Source: an uncultured virus (IMG/VR IMGVR_UViG_3300042257_000233) (Duplodnaviria > Heunggongvirae > Uroviricota > Caudoviricetes). Taken from it: DNA of 64,000 bases. The stretch is from IMG/VR virus record IMGVR_UViG_3300042257_000233; one strand, written 5' to 3'. Under the pieces are notes generated by a model, which did no database searches, had not been told where the DNA came from, and worked only from the letters and a program-made list of their open reading frames with translations. A program made the position numbers and the translations under genes. Below, one piece after another: positions 29,230 through 39,204 of this stretch; position 1 is the stretch's first letter; each line of letters opens with the position of its first letter.

Positions 29230-29598
29230 CGCCTTGCTGCCCCGCTGCGCGGGGAGCGGGGGTTATGGATATTGTTCCTGTCGTTGCGACAGAGACAAAC
29301 GTGAAGATCAGTGAAGAAAAAAACGATATCCTGTGAATAGTGTTCACAAAACGGGGTAAAACAGGGTGATTTTACGGTTCTTTATAGTATGGCATAGAAA
29401 TGGTGATTGACAGGCTGCTGGAGCGGCTGTAAGTGGTTTTCCCGCATACAGTGGGTTGAGTGAGGCATACGCAGATTGTGAGGTTTGTTCACACGCTGCG
29501 GATGAGCGTTATCAGGGCGTTTAGCGGAGATTCATGGCCGAAAATGTGTGAGCAAACTGGTGTTAAATCACGCAGGCTGTGATAAACGTGATAATGCA

Positions 29599-29789
29599 GG
29601 GCACCTATGATAACATCTATTAGGTCAATTTGACCTTCACAAAGGGCTATTTTACCGTTATCAGAGAGGTTAGTAAAGCACTGAGGTGAAAATTCCGTGA
29701 CAAAGCGCAGGATATGACACATTAGGTGTGAACAAAATGAAGAAACCGGGTACCTCTGATAACATCCGTTAGGTCATTTTGACCTTCAC
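29599..29789. repeat. 42-bp direct repeats 149 bp apart containing dif-like sites
   Basis: 29599-29640 vs 29748-29789, 37/42 identical; each contains an AGGTCA-N3-TGACCT palindrome. Confidence 0.85.
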
Positions 29790-29905
29790 TCAACCATAAC
29801 AAACCACAACATAACCACTTACTTTCACTGAAACGCTCTTTTGCCGTGAGCAATAGCACCTTCAATCACTGCGATCATGAATAAAATGAACAGAGAGGAG
29901 GGAGC

Positions 29906-30223
29906 ATGGCATCGCAAAGGGCGAAGCAAGCACATCTAACCGAAGAAGAAGCAAATAAACGCATCGAGAGCATTTTGCAGTCGTATGACCTGAATGATCC
30001 GGTACGTGTAAGTATTTTGAGCGCATTTAAGGTGGGGATGATGGTAGAACATCCTCAGCTGAAAATCCAAATGGGGGAGGCAAGCAAGAAAACTGGGATC
30101 GACATAGCTACGATCTCACGCGTGCTGCCGTCGGTAATCGCTGGCGTTGGGGTGTACCTGGCGCAGGCGCACTTTCACGTTAGCCACATCTCCGATATCG
30201 TTCGGGGATTCATGATTTTGTGA
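29906..30223 (+). CDS. hypothetical protein, possible HTH
   Basis: GGAGG RBS; EASKKTGIDIATISRVL. Confidence 0.55.
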   Translation: MASQRAKQAHLTEEEANKRIESILQSYDLNDPVRVSILSAFKVGMMVEHPQLKIQMGEASKKTGIDIATISRVLPSVIAGVGVYLAQAHFHVSHISDIVRGFMIL

Positions 30224-30230
30224 GGACACT

Positions 30231-30506
30231 ATGGATATTAATTTCAATGACGCCATTGATGCTGCCAAAGAGCAGTTCCCAGACCTGATGGCACCTTATG
30301 ACGCAACCAATTCAGAGGCCAGCCTGGGCCTGATACTGGACGGTGTGCTGGAAAACGGCGACAGCCGGGAAGATGCCATCGACATGGCAGTAGATGACGT
30401 GGATGAGTATGATTACAATGCGCCCACAGCAACACTGTATCTGCTGGCACTCATCTGGTATAACGTGCGCAAGAAATTCGCAAAAGACGAACGCAGTTTC
30501 GTGTAG
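30231..30506 (+). CDS. acidic hypothetical protein
   Basis: GAGG RBS. Confidence 0.6.
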   Translation: MDINFNDAIDAAKEQFPDLMAPYDATNSEASLGLILDGVLENGDSREDAIDMAVDDVDEYDYNAPTATLYLLALIWYNVRKKFAKDERSFV

Positions 30507-30517
30507 CAGGAGGACGT

Positions 30518-30802
30518 ATGAACCCAGAAATGAGAGGAAAAGACCCCGTAAAGAACTCTAAAAGCAGAGTAATTGAAGATTCGCTCAGCAGCTTGTCTTG
30601 TGCTATTGAGCACCTTGAGGTAACATGCAACCGTATGATCCAAGATCCAGGCATAGACGGACGTATGGGAACACAGCCGGAGCAACCGAAGCGACCGGAA
30701 CGGACAATCGCAGAGATGATTGCAGACCTTCCTGGAGTACTTGAGAAGTTTACGCACATAATCAACGAAATGGATGCGGTTCTTCAGGAACTTTTTCTGT
30801 AA
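30518..30802 (+). CDS. hypothetical protein
   Basis: AGGAGG RBS. Confidence 0.6.
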   Translation: MNPEMRGKDPVKNSKSRVIEDSLSSLSCAIEHLEVTCNRMIQDPGIDGRMGTQPEQPKRPERTIAEMIADLPGVLEKFTHIINEMDAVLQELFL

Positions 30803-30899
30803 CCCCCACACCACGGGCGCTGGTGGCACGGTTATCTCCTTCCGTGCGAACTTGGTGCTGGCGCCCGATTTTAAAACTCAATACAAACCGGGAGGACGT

Positions 30900-31199
30900 A
30901 TGAGTAACGATTTAGCGAATGGAAAATGGTGGCAGGAAGCCTGGTATATTGCTGCAGGATGCCAGCACATGAGCAGTGGTTGCGACAACTGCTGGGCAGA
31001 GGCATCCCACTGGGTGCGCAGCCACCAGAAAAACTACAAAGTTTTGGCGCAATATCCGCCGGAACTGGTAAAAGACGGGAAGTGGACTGGCGAGGTTCGC
31101 TTTCTGGAGCAAAACAGTAGTGCACCGCATTGGCCGCAAAGCCGCTGGGCGCACGCTGGATGGCCACACGCACGACGAACTGTGCTGGGAGGTGAAATA
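30900..31199 (+). pseudogene. truncated DUF5131 (phage Gp37/Gp68) N-terminus, in frame with the next gene
   Basis: GCQHMSSGCDNCWAE...WTGEVRF, after which similarity is lost. Confidence 0.65.
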
Positions 31200-32006
31200 A
31201 TGAAAAGAACGTTTTATGCTGATTTCGACGGTGGTAGAGTGAAGTTTCAGGTGGTAAATGAAGAAAAACTTCTTAATATAGCAAGGAAAAACGGCAACCC
31301 TGATGCGACAATTGAAGAAGTAATCCAACACTTGATTGAGTATATTGAAAAAGATAAGGCTTTTCCCGAACCTGGTCTTTTTACATTTCAGGAACGAGAG
31401 AAAATTCTAACCTCTGTTGGTGGATACAGGCCAGCGCCATTTCCGAATAATAGATACGAGATGAATCCCCCATGCAAATACTGCGGCAGCGAGTTTGCGT
31501 TATTGCATGTAACGGGTATTAATTACCCTGGTGAAAGCGTATATTTTGAATGCCGGAACTGTGGCGCAAGAACTCCTGTGTCTGGCACAAAAGATGACGC
31601 CTTTGAGTTATGGAAAGATGGGGTTTTGATAAATTCATATCAGAACGCACAGGAAGAGACCGCGCAAAAATGCTCTGTATTCAGCGTGTTTGAATCCGCA
31701 TTAAAAGAGATAAAGAAGCGATATTGTTTTTTGGAAACAGCCGAAGAGAGACTCCCTGCATACATAGGAAGCTACCAGGGAGAGATATTGGGCCTTGCAC
31801 ATGCAGAGGCAATAATTCGCGACAATGATGACTGTCCGGTTAAGCATGTTCTTAATTTGCTTGATGAGCAGATTGACCGATATGCCCCTGAATGGCTTGA
31901 TAAGGAAGCAAGGACGTATTCTGATGTTATAATAGGAATACACATTGGGTTAGGTTGGGCAAAAGACCTTGTTTTTGCCGCAGCGCAGGGAGGAGAGAAT
32001 GAGTAA
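31200..32006 (+). CDS. protein with Lar-like (restriction alleviation) Zn finger
   Basis: Own GGAGG RBS; PCKYCG...FECRNCGART...AFELW. Confidence 0.6.
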   Translation: MKRTFYADFDGGRVKFQVVNEEKLLNIARKNGNPDATIEEVIQHLIEYIEKDKAFPEPGLFTFQEREKILTSVGGYRPAPFPNNRYEMNPPCKYCGSEFALLHVTGINYPGESVYFECRNCGARTPVSGTKDDAFELWKDGVLINSYQNAQEETAQKCSVFSVFESALKEIKKRYCFLETAEERLPAYIGSYQGEILGLAHAEAIIRDNDDCPVKHVLNLLDEQIDRYAPEWLDKEARTYSDVIIGIHIGLGWAKDLVFAAAQGGENE

Positions 32007-32328
32007 CCATGTAACTCGTGAAGATATTCAGGAAGAAGAACGCAGTGAACTTCTTGAACGTAAAGAGAAGATTCGAGTGGAGATAAAATGGAGATACGAC
32101 CTGTACAAGGCCGGAAAAGATCGATACACCCAAGCCGAAGCCAGAGGGTTCAAAACTGCGCTTGATATTGTAGAGACCAAATGGGACGAACCGTGGAATT
32201 GGGTTGATGCAATGGAAGAGGCTGCGAGCGAAGCTGAAGGCACTGCTCATGAAATTCTCGAAATTAAGCACGCTTTGTTTATATCGCAGAAAATAGTGGA
32301 ACGATATGATCTGCTTCAATCCACGTAA
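31999..32328 (+). CDS. hypothetical protein
   Basis: ATG after GGAGGAG, overlapping the previous stop. Confidence 0.55.
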   Translation: MSNHVTREDIQEEERSELLERKEKIRVEIKWRYDLYKAGKDRYTQAEARGFKTALDIVETKWDEPWNWVDAMEEAASEAEGTAHEILEIKHALFISQKIVERYDLLQST

Positions 32329-32346
32329 CAAGCATTAGGAGACTTC

Positions 32347-35300
32347 ATGTCACGTAGTGATTTTCAAATAGTAAAAGAGCGGGTAGACATCGTAGAGTGG
32401 GCGCGTAAGCGGTTTGGTGAGCGGTTGCACAAGCTGGGCGATATTTACCGGGTGAACCCTTGCCCTATCGAAGGCAACCACAATGACGCATTCACGATCT
32501 TCCCCAAAACCCAGAGCTGGAAGTGTTTCAGTTGCAGCAAGGGTGGAGACATCATCTCGCTGGTGCAGGAGCTCAGCAACTTTTCTGAGCCGCTGGATGC
32601 GCTGAAGGAGCTGGCTCGTGAAGTGGGGTATGAGCTGCAGCAGAGTGACAAGGCTAAAGCAAAGAGTGCATCCCGCAAGGAGCTGCATGAGTTGTATGCC
32701 GATGCAATGATGTATATGCATGAGCATCTGATGAACAGCAAGAAGGCGGTGGCGTACCTACAGGAGAAGCGCGGGCGCACTATGGAGATGATAAAGCAGG
32801 CAAAGTACGGGTTGGCGGATGGCAAATTGCATACGTATCTGCTGGGCAAATATGCGCCGGAGCTGGTGTATCGCAGCGGGCTGGTGCGTAGAAGCGCCCG
32901 TGATGGGCAGCCCTACGATCTGTTTGTGCCAAATGCCTTCGTATACCCCTGCACGGCCAACCGCAAAGTGGTGGACTTCTTCAGCAAAGAGTACTTTGAG
33001 CCGGACAAAAAGAAGCGGCGCGATTTTCGCATAGATGCAGATCGGCGGATGCATCCAGAGAAATTCTATGGTCGGGATGCAATCTTTACCCGGTCGTTTG
33101 TGGTGGTGGAAGGTCCGGAAGATCGGCTGAGCATTATGCAGTATGGTGGTAATCAGTTGCCGGTGGTAGCAATGACGGGCAACCCGAGCCAGTATCAGTG
33201 GGACTTTATAGCCCAGCATTGTGCCGACACCACCATCTGGGATGCCTTTGACACCGATGCGGCAGGGCGCAAATACAGCGAAAAGCTGCTGAGCGTGGTC
33301 GCCGGCAAAGCAGAAGTGATGAAGCTGGTTTGGGATGAAGAGTTGGGTGACATTGATGATGTGCTGAAGAAGGCGGAAGATCCGGCGCAGACCTGGGGTG
33401 AGTTGCTGGCAGAGGGACAGGATGCCGTGAAGTGGATGATCAACCGGCTGCCAGAGGAGATAAAGGGGTTGCATGTGAGCCGTCAGGTTGCGCGCTGGGA
33501 GCCCATCTGCAAAGTGATAGCCGCCCATGAGGAGCAGTTCACCCGGGAAGTGTACATGGACGATCTGGCCCATGCGCTGGGTGGCAAGACCAAGAATCTG
33601 GGGCTGATACGGGAGAAGGTAAGTGCGCTGCGCAATGAAAAGCCATCCAGCAACACCTACGACGACGGGGTGCTGGGCATAGTATGCGAGGGCAACCGCT
33701 ACTATCGCATGGATAAGGATGAGAAAAAATGCATCAGTGAGTTTGTGATACGCATCCAGCGCTACATAGAGGCGCCGGAAGGTGGGATGCTGTACGAATG
33801 CACCCTGATAAACAGTGCCGGGATGAACAGCAAGCCGATGCTGTTTGACGCAGCAGAGCAGGTGAACAAAAAGCAGTTCAAAGAGAAGTGCAAGGATGCA
33901 GGGGTAGGGTTTCACTTTCGCGGCACCGATGCTGACATAAGCGCGATATGGATGTTGGAAGAGCAGCGAGCAAACATAAGCACCCGCACTGTGTACCGGC
34001 GCTGCTACGGCTGGCTGGAAGACGAAAAGCTGTGGCTGGTGAAGAATTGCGCGGTTCAGGGACGTGAGGTGTATCCGCTGGGAGAGGACGGGCTGGTGCA
34101 GGTTGGCAACATCCAGTACAAGGTAGAAGGGGTGAATCTGGGTATGGGCGCACCGGTGCTCAACCATGAGTACAAGGTAAGCGAAGAGTTCATCCAGGGT
34201 GTGGCGATGCACTTTTGGAACATGATGGATGCCACCGATAACGACCGGGGCACACCCGCCACCTATCGTGGATTTTTGATGATGGGCTACGTGATGGCGG
34301 TGGCGTATCTGGAAGAGATATTGAATTATGACCGAAAATTCCCGTACATGCTGATTTACGGCCCGTCTGGCACCGGTAAAAGCGAGGCCATGCTGTTGCT
34401 GTACAATATGTTTGGCTTTGAGCAGGTGGGCGAAAACTGGGCAGATGGCACGGCATACGGGATTGCAATGGCATTGAATGAACTGAGCAGCATGCCGTTT
34501 TGGATGGAGGAATACAAAAACCAGAAGGGTAACAGCAAGAAGCAGGACAACAAAATTCAGATGCTGAACAACATCTACAACCGGGTAGGCAGCGGTAAGG
34601 GTGGCCTGGACGGGCGGCAGGTGCAGCAGGTGCGTGGCACGCTGATTTTTACCGGGCAGGACAGGCCCGAGGACAAAGCGATGCTGAGTCGCTGCGTGGT
34701 GATAATGAAAGATGCTCCAGCGGAGAAGGGAAGTAAATCGTATTTTGCCCTTACGGGGATGCGTGAGAACCTGAGCTCGATATTTTTGTGGGCGATCCGC
34801 AATAAAACAGCAGAGAACAAACGCAAGATTGTGGAGCTGATACAGGAGATCAAGGACGAGATCGATAAGAAGATAAAGGAACGGCCAAAGGATGAGCGGG
34901 TGGCCGTGGATGCCCGTGCAATATACAATCACTGTGTGCTGGCAGCAGGCTGGTGCATGTATGGCATGAAGCAGTACGACAGCGAATTTGTGACTTGGCT
35001 GAGTGAGATGATAGTAGCCGACGTGAAGCGGAAAAGCACTGAGGATATTATCTACAAGTTCTTCAGCGAGATCGAGCTGAACTTTGGCACGAACAGCATG
35101 TACGGGCACCTGAACGACGTGATGGTGTACCGGGAACCGGGACGGCTGTACCTTTGGATGAGCAAAATATACAAGGTGTGGGTGCGCGAAGCAAACAGCA
35201 TGGCCGAGTATATCAGCCTGGATGCATTGACGGAGTACATGCGCAATGACCCGCACGACTACTGGATTGGCAAGGAGCGGGCAATACTGCGCAGTGCCAG

Positions 35301-35406
35301 CAAAAACAAACAGCAACGCTGCATCTGCCTGGATGTGAATAAGCTGCCCAATAACCTGCGCGATATTGCGGACTGCTGGCTGCCGGAAATCACAGATGAG
35401 TATTGA
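32347..35406 (+). CDS. DNA primase-helicase (CHC2 Zn finger, TOPRIM, P-loop NTPase)
   Basis: CP..H...WKCFSC..GGD; VVVEG..D; AFDTDAAG; GPSGTGKS. Confidence 0.92.
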   Translation: MSRSDFQIVKERVDIVEWARKRFGERLHKLGDIYRVNPCPIEGNHNDAFTIFPKTQSWKCFSCSKGGDIISLVQELSNFSEPLDALKELAREVGYELQQSDKAKAKSASRKELHELYADAMMYMHEHLMNSKKAVAYLQEKRGRTMEMIKQAKYGLADGKLHTYLLGKYAPELVYRSGLVRRSARDGQPYDLFVPNAFVYPCTANRKVVDFFSKEYFEPDKKKRRDFRIDADRRMHPEKFYGRDAIFTRSFVVVEGPEDRLSIMQYGGNQLPVVAMTGNPSQYQWDFIAQHCADTTIWDAFDTDAAGRKYSEKLLSVVAGKAEVMKLVWDEELGDIDDVLKKAEDPAQTWGELLAEGQDAVKWMINRLPEEIKGLHVSRQVARWEPICKVIAAHEEQFTREVYMDDLAHALGGKTKNLGLIREKVSALRNEKPSSNTYDDGVLGIVCEGNRYYRMDKDEKKCISEFVIRIQRYIEAPEGGMLYECTLINSAGMNSKPMLFDAAEQVNKKQFKEKCKDAGVGFHFRGTDADISAIWMLEEQRANISTRTVYRRCYGWLEDEKLWLVKNCAVQGREVYPLGEDGLVQVGNIQYKVEGVNLGMGAPVLNHEYKVSEEFIQGVAMHFWNMMDATDNDRGTPATYRGFLMMGYVMAVAYLEEILNYDRKFPYMLIYGPSGTGKSEAMLLLYNMFGFEQVGENWADGTAYGIAMALNELSSMPFWMEEYKNQKGNSKKQDNKIQMLNNIYNRVGSGKGGLDGRQVQQVRGTLIFTGQDRPEDKAMLSRCVVIMKDAPAEKGSKSYFALTGMRENLSSIFLWAIRNKTAENKRKIVELIQEIKDEIDKKIKERPKDERVAVDARAIYNHCVLAAGWCMYGMKQYDSEFVTWLSEMIVADVKRKSTEDIIYKFFSEIELNFGTNSMYGHLNDVMVYREPGRLYLWMSKIYKVWVREANSMAEYISLDALTEYMRNDPHDYWIGKERAILRSASKNKQQRCICLDVNKLPNNLRDIADCWLPEITDEY

Positions 35407-35630
35407 GGAGCTTGCATGAAAAAAGGCATGACGAAGTACACGCGCAAAAACAGCCGCATGCCGCTGCGCCTGCCGAAAGTGCCGGCAGCACCACGAGTGC
35501 GGCCCATGCTGCGGGAGCAGCCAGAGCGCAGTATAACAACGGAGACCGTCGTAGAAATTGGATGGGGCCTGTTCAAAACATATCTTTGCATTAACCATAC
35601 GTGGTACCCGCACCGGTGCAGGAGGTAACA

Positions 35631-36089
35631 ATGGGACACCTTAACCTGAGCAAAACACCTGAGAAGGCGCTGGATGAGTTTCTGGCGAAAGTAACGCCAC
35701 AGATGGATGCGATACTTCCATCCAGTGCGTGGCGATACATGGAAGAGTGCGACCAAGAGACCTACAATGGGCTGCTGGCTGCACTAAATAAAGCAGAAAG
35801 GGAATATGTAGAGCACGGCGATATTAAGCGCCTGAGGGACGATTTTGCGGCGGTGTATAAGGTAGCAAAGGGTCACAGCCTGAAATTACTGGGTAAGATG
35901 GAACAACGACAGACATCCCGCATACATGTGCTGCAGAAAGAGGCGAACCTGTGCCGGGCGGCGTATGAAGATGTGTTGGCTGAGTGCAGCGGTGGCAAGC
36001 GCAGTTGCAAGGCGTTGTGCTGGTGTGAGGCAGAGCTGGTGATACGGTCGCTGGTAAAGAAGGTGGAAGATGCCAAGCACGCTGCTTGA
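35631..36089 (+). CDS. hypothetical protein
   Basis: ATG 35631 after AGGAGG. Confidence 0.6.
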   Translation: MGHLNLSKTPEKALDEFLAKVTPQMDAILPSSAWRYMEECDQETYNGLLAALNKAEREYVEHGDIKRLRDDFAAVYKVAKGHSLKLLGKMEQRQTSRIHVLQKEANLCRAAYEDVLAECSGGKRSCKALCWCEAELVIRSLVKKVEDAKHAA

Positions 36090-36441
36090 TCTGCGGCAGC
36101 CGGTGTGCTGCGTGAACTTTGCGCACCACTATTACAAACTGATTGGCAGCCGGTTTACCACCATCCGTGGTGAGACTTGGCCCCGGCGCAAGGGATTGAT
36201 TGCCGGAGATCTGGTGCAGATAAACGTGGATGGCATAAAACAGGGCATCGCTGAAGTGGTTGATATACAGCACACCAGGTTGCGGGATATTAGCCTTGAC
36301 GTATTGCAGCGTGACGGGGATTATCCCGGCGGTAGAATAGAGACAAAGCGAGATTTTCTGCAGCTGATTAACAGCTTCAGGAAGTGGGGTGCCTACGAGT
36401 GGCAAAGCTTGGTAAGCGTGATAACCATGGAATGGAAGTAA
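36070..36441 (+). CDS. ASCH-domain protein
   Basis: FTTIR...GDLV...RLRDIS...DG pattern. Confidence 0.7.
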   Translation: MPSTLLDLRQPVCCVNFAHHYYKLIGSRFTTIRGETWPRRKGLIAGDLVQINVDGIKQGIAEVVDIQHTRLRDISLDVLQRDGDYPGGRIETKRDFLQLINSFRKWGAYEWQSLVSVITMEWK

Positions 36442-36453
36442 CGGGAGGAAATA

Positions 36454-37215
36454 ATGAGAAGACAACTGCGGTTTAGAGAAGGCAATCGCATGGTTACCAT
36501 ACCATTGACTGACTCTACTTATGGACACTGGACGGGGCGAACCATTGCTGTGTTTGTTTTGCTGGATGCCATGCAGACAACACCAAAGATTGAGATGCAG
36601 GAAGTTAAAATGCTGCGGTTTCGCGATGTTGAAAACCTGAAGAATCCCCAAACGAAAGAGCAGATACAGCAGCTAAAAGGAAAAAACGAGCTGACAGATT
36701 ATTACCTGCGTGAACGTGAACGGGTTGATGACTTTATGTGCGAGATATGGGATGATCGACTTGGAGATGGCGAGATAAAGCCACTCTTTGTGATCGATAA
36801 TTTTATGTTTTACGCAGAGCCAAGACACTGTAATATTAACATTTACCGCATCACAAAAAAGAACGAAGCTGGCAGAGAAATAAACGTGTATGAGGGTAAT
36901 GATATGCCATTGTTCCGCTTGGTACATGCATTTGAATTTCATTTGGCAATACAACAGACTAATCGACTGCAATATACTGAAACATCGGACAGCTGGGTTC
37001 CCTTTCCCAAGCATCATGGATTACCCACTGAAGAAGAGATTACCCACATAGAATCAAGAAGGTGGGGTGAGGTTGGCGCTGAGCGAAGAAAATTGCTTGA
37101 GTTTAGTGTGAGAAAGAGAAAAGCATGTTCTGAGGCCGATCAATATCGATTGTTGAGCGTGATGGATATACTAAGCTATGGGAATAAAACGTTTCGATAT
37201 GAGACGGTACTATAA
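36454..37215 (+). CDS. hypothetical protein
   Basis: 253-aa ORF with GGAGG RBS. Confidence 0.65.
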   Translation: MRRQLRFREGNRMVTIPLTDSTYGHWTGRTIAVFVLLDAMQTTPKIEMQEVKMLRFRDVENLKNPQTKEQIQQLKGKNELTDYYLRERERVDDFMCEIWDDRLGDGEIKPLFVIDNFMFYAEPRHCNINIYRITKKNEAGREINVYEGNDMPLFRLVHAFEFHLAIQQTNRLQYTETSDSWVPFPKHHGLPTEEEITHIESRRWGEVGAERRKLLEFSVRKRKACSEADQYRLLSVMDILSYGNKTFRYETVL

Positions 37216-37411
37216 AAAATGAATCAAATTCAGGAAACTGTTGAGGTGGCGTATATAGGCCAGCGGGTACTGTGGCATCGTACTGAGTGGCGGGTGATCG
37301 CGGTTGGCCTGTACATTGCTTGCGTGTACAATGCAGAGTTTCAGCGGCAGTACGCTGCCCTGGATGATTTGATTTTGCTGATATAGATATGTCATACTCC
37401 TCCCGCTGTGT

Positions 37412-37448
37412 GACGCCCTGGGTGGCATTTCTGCCCGGGGTCTTTTTG
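37412..37448 (+). terminator. putative intrinsic terminator
   Basis: GC stem (CCCTGGGTGG/CTGCCCGGGG) followed by TCTTTTTG. Confidence 0.55.
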
Positions 37449-37533
37449 TATCCCAAAAAAAGTATGAATTTATTTTACGCACCCGGATGCATGCTGTGTG
37501 ACGCGCGCACATGTAACATGCAGAAATCAAAAA

Positions 37534-37745
37534 AGCTGTCTATTTTGTCTATAGTATATGTTAACTCTTTAAAGTATAGATATTTATACCATAGACAGCT
37601 CGTAGACAGCGTAGACAAACGCTATTTTCACTGGCCTCAGTGACAGGGTTAAATGTATGCTGTATAATGCGTTACAGAGATTTGTCTACCTGTCTTTTGG
37701 AAACTTACTGTTTTGCAGTAAGTTACGCAATTTAGACAATAGACA
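37534..37745. other. putative replication origin (TAGACA/TGTCTA iterons around an AT-rich core)
   Basis: Eight hexamer copies in inverted arrangement, non-coding, downstream of the primase operon. Confidence 0.6.
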
Positions 37746-37868
37746 GGGTGAACCCGCGTGTGTTATCTTTATTGATGAAAATTTGAATGTGTTTTTTAGA
37801 ACTTGACAAAAAACACGATAAGTGCAAGTTATTGTTTAATTTAAGTGCATTTTAGCATAGGAGGCGTG

Positions 37869-38180
37869 ATGAGCGGTGAAATGCAATGCAAGAGTGGTGC
37901 CAAAGTTTTGCACGATGTTGGCACGGTAGCCAAGTCGATAGGCACAGGCCGGAATCGGCTGTTTGATTTTCTGCGGGAAAAGAATCTGCTTAATCATATG
38001 TCAATCCCCTATCAGCGGTATATTGATCGGGGGTACTTTGAGGTGAAGCAGCAGAAATACAAACAGGGCAAGGTGCTGCGGATGCGGATGAAGACCATGC
38101 TTACCGCATCCGGCGTGGAGTATGTAAAACGGCTGTGGCAAGAGAGTGGCGACGTGCAGGGAGTGTTGGACTTTGGCTAA
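37869..38180 (+). CDS. phage antirepressor KilAC (ANT) domain protein
   Basis: GRNRLFDFLREKN...PYQRYIDRGYFEVK...LTASG. Confidence 0.9.
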   Translation: MSGEMQCKSGAKVLHDVGTVAKSIGTGRNRLFDFLREKNLLNHMSIPYQRYIDRGYFEVKQQKYKQGKVLRMRMKTMLTASGVEYVKRLWQESGDVQGVLDFG

Positions 38181-38901
38181 GAAGCGCAGTTATCCCAGCG
38201 ACCCAATCCGCGATACTGAGAAGCTGGCCGACCTTCAGCGTAGCATGATGGATGCAGGGCTGGTGCGTGAATGCCTGCTTTTTCAGCTGCAATACAATAC
38301 GAATCTGCGGGTGAGTGATGCATTGCGCCTGCGGTGGGGTGATGTGCTGGATGATGACAGGAATATCGTGGAGACGGTGAGTCTGCTCGAGAAGAAGATT
38401 GCCCACACCGGGCGGTACAAGAAGGTGATACTAAACAGCCAGATACGGGCATCCCTGCTGAACTACTACCACAGATACAAGCCAAAGCCCCGGGAATTTA
38501 TCTTTCGCAGCCAGAGCAACCGGATAGGGTATCGGAACCGGCCCTGGACACCCAACTGGCCGCGTCGGGTATTTAATGAGCACGCAAAAAAGGTGGGCAT
38601 AAAGGGTCACATTGGCACCCACACTCCGCGCAAGACCTTTGGCTGGATGGCCTACAACGTGCTGGGCATCCCGCTGGATGAGATTATGACGCTGCTGAAC
38701 CACACCGACCCCAGGGTGACGGCGCTGTATTGCGGGCTGACTGAGGACCGGCAGCGGGAGCAGTACGAGAAGGTGGCCGAGGTAAATTGTGCGGCTGATG
38801 GGCTGATACGGATTGACCGGCTGCCGGACAACCCGTGGCGCGAGAAAACGCTTGCCCGGCACCGGCGTCGAGGCTATAAAAAGACGAAAAAGAAGGCATG
38901 A
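38173..38901 (+). CDS. tyrosine recombinase 1 (catalytic domain only)
   Basis: LRVSD, HTPRKTFG, LNH, ALYCG; TTG start at 38173 preferred. Confidence 0.9.
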   Translation: MAKKRSYPSDPIRDTEKLADLQRSMMDAGLVRECLLFQLQYNTNLRVSDALRLRWGDVLDDDRNIVETVSLLEKKIAHTGRYKKVILNSQIRASLLNYYHRYKPKPREFIFRSQSNRIGYRNRPWTPNWPRRVFNEHAKKVGIKGHIGTHTPRKTFGWMAYNVLGIPLDEIMTLLNHTDPRVTALYCGLTEDRQREQYEKVAEVNCAADGLIRIDRLPDNPWREKTLARHRRRGYKKTKKKA

Positions 38902-38929
38902 AAAAGGCCCCGGATATCCGGGGCCTTTT
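38902..38929. terminator. bidirectional terminator (perfect 28-bp palindrome)
   Basis: AAAAGGCCCCGGAT-ATCCGGGGCCTTTT between convergent operons. Confidence 0.85.
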
Positions 38930-38946
38930 GTGTTGGTGGGGTGGGA

Positions 38947-39204
38947 TTACTTTAGCCTTTCGGCGTTTGCAATCCCCTCAAAAGACAAGGGGATGTTTTG
39001 GGTCTTTATAATTTCTGGTGTGCCTTCGTATACCGCACACACCAGGCACGGCATACCTGCCATGTTTTTGATCTGACGCATTGAAACCAATGCGCCGTTT
39101 TGAAGGGTTTCTAATTCTTTCACCCCGTCTTGAGCGAAAGTGAAAACCATCTGGTTTTCGTCGAACCAGCTCCTTGGAAGCTCTTTCAATTTTGCCTGTG
39201 CCAT
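38947..39204 (-). CDS. hypothetical protein
   Basis: Coupled (TGATG) to recombinase 2. Confidence 0.6.
   Translation of the reverse strand: MAQAKLKELPRSWFDENQMVFTFAQDGVKELETLQNGALVSMRQIKNMAGMPCLVCAVYEGTPEIIKTQNIPLSFEGIANAERLK

Noticed and set aside
29230..29900. CRISPR array
   Set aside because: Only two degenerate repeats 149 bp apart and no cas genes
32758..35631. 957-aa minus-strand ORF
   Set aside because: Antisense shadow of the primase-helicase; H/L/V-rich with no motifs, explained by codon bias
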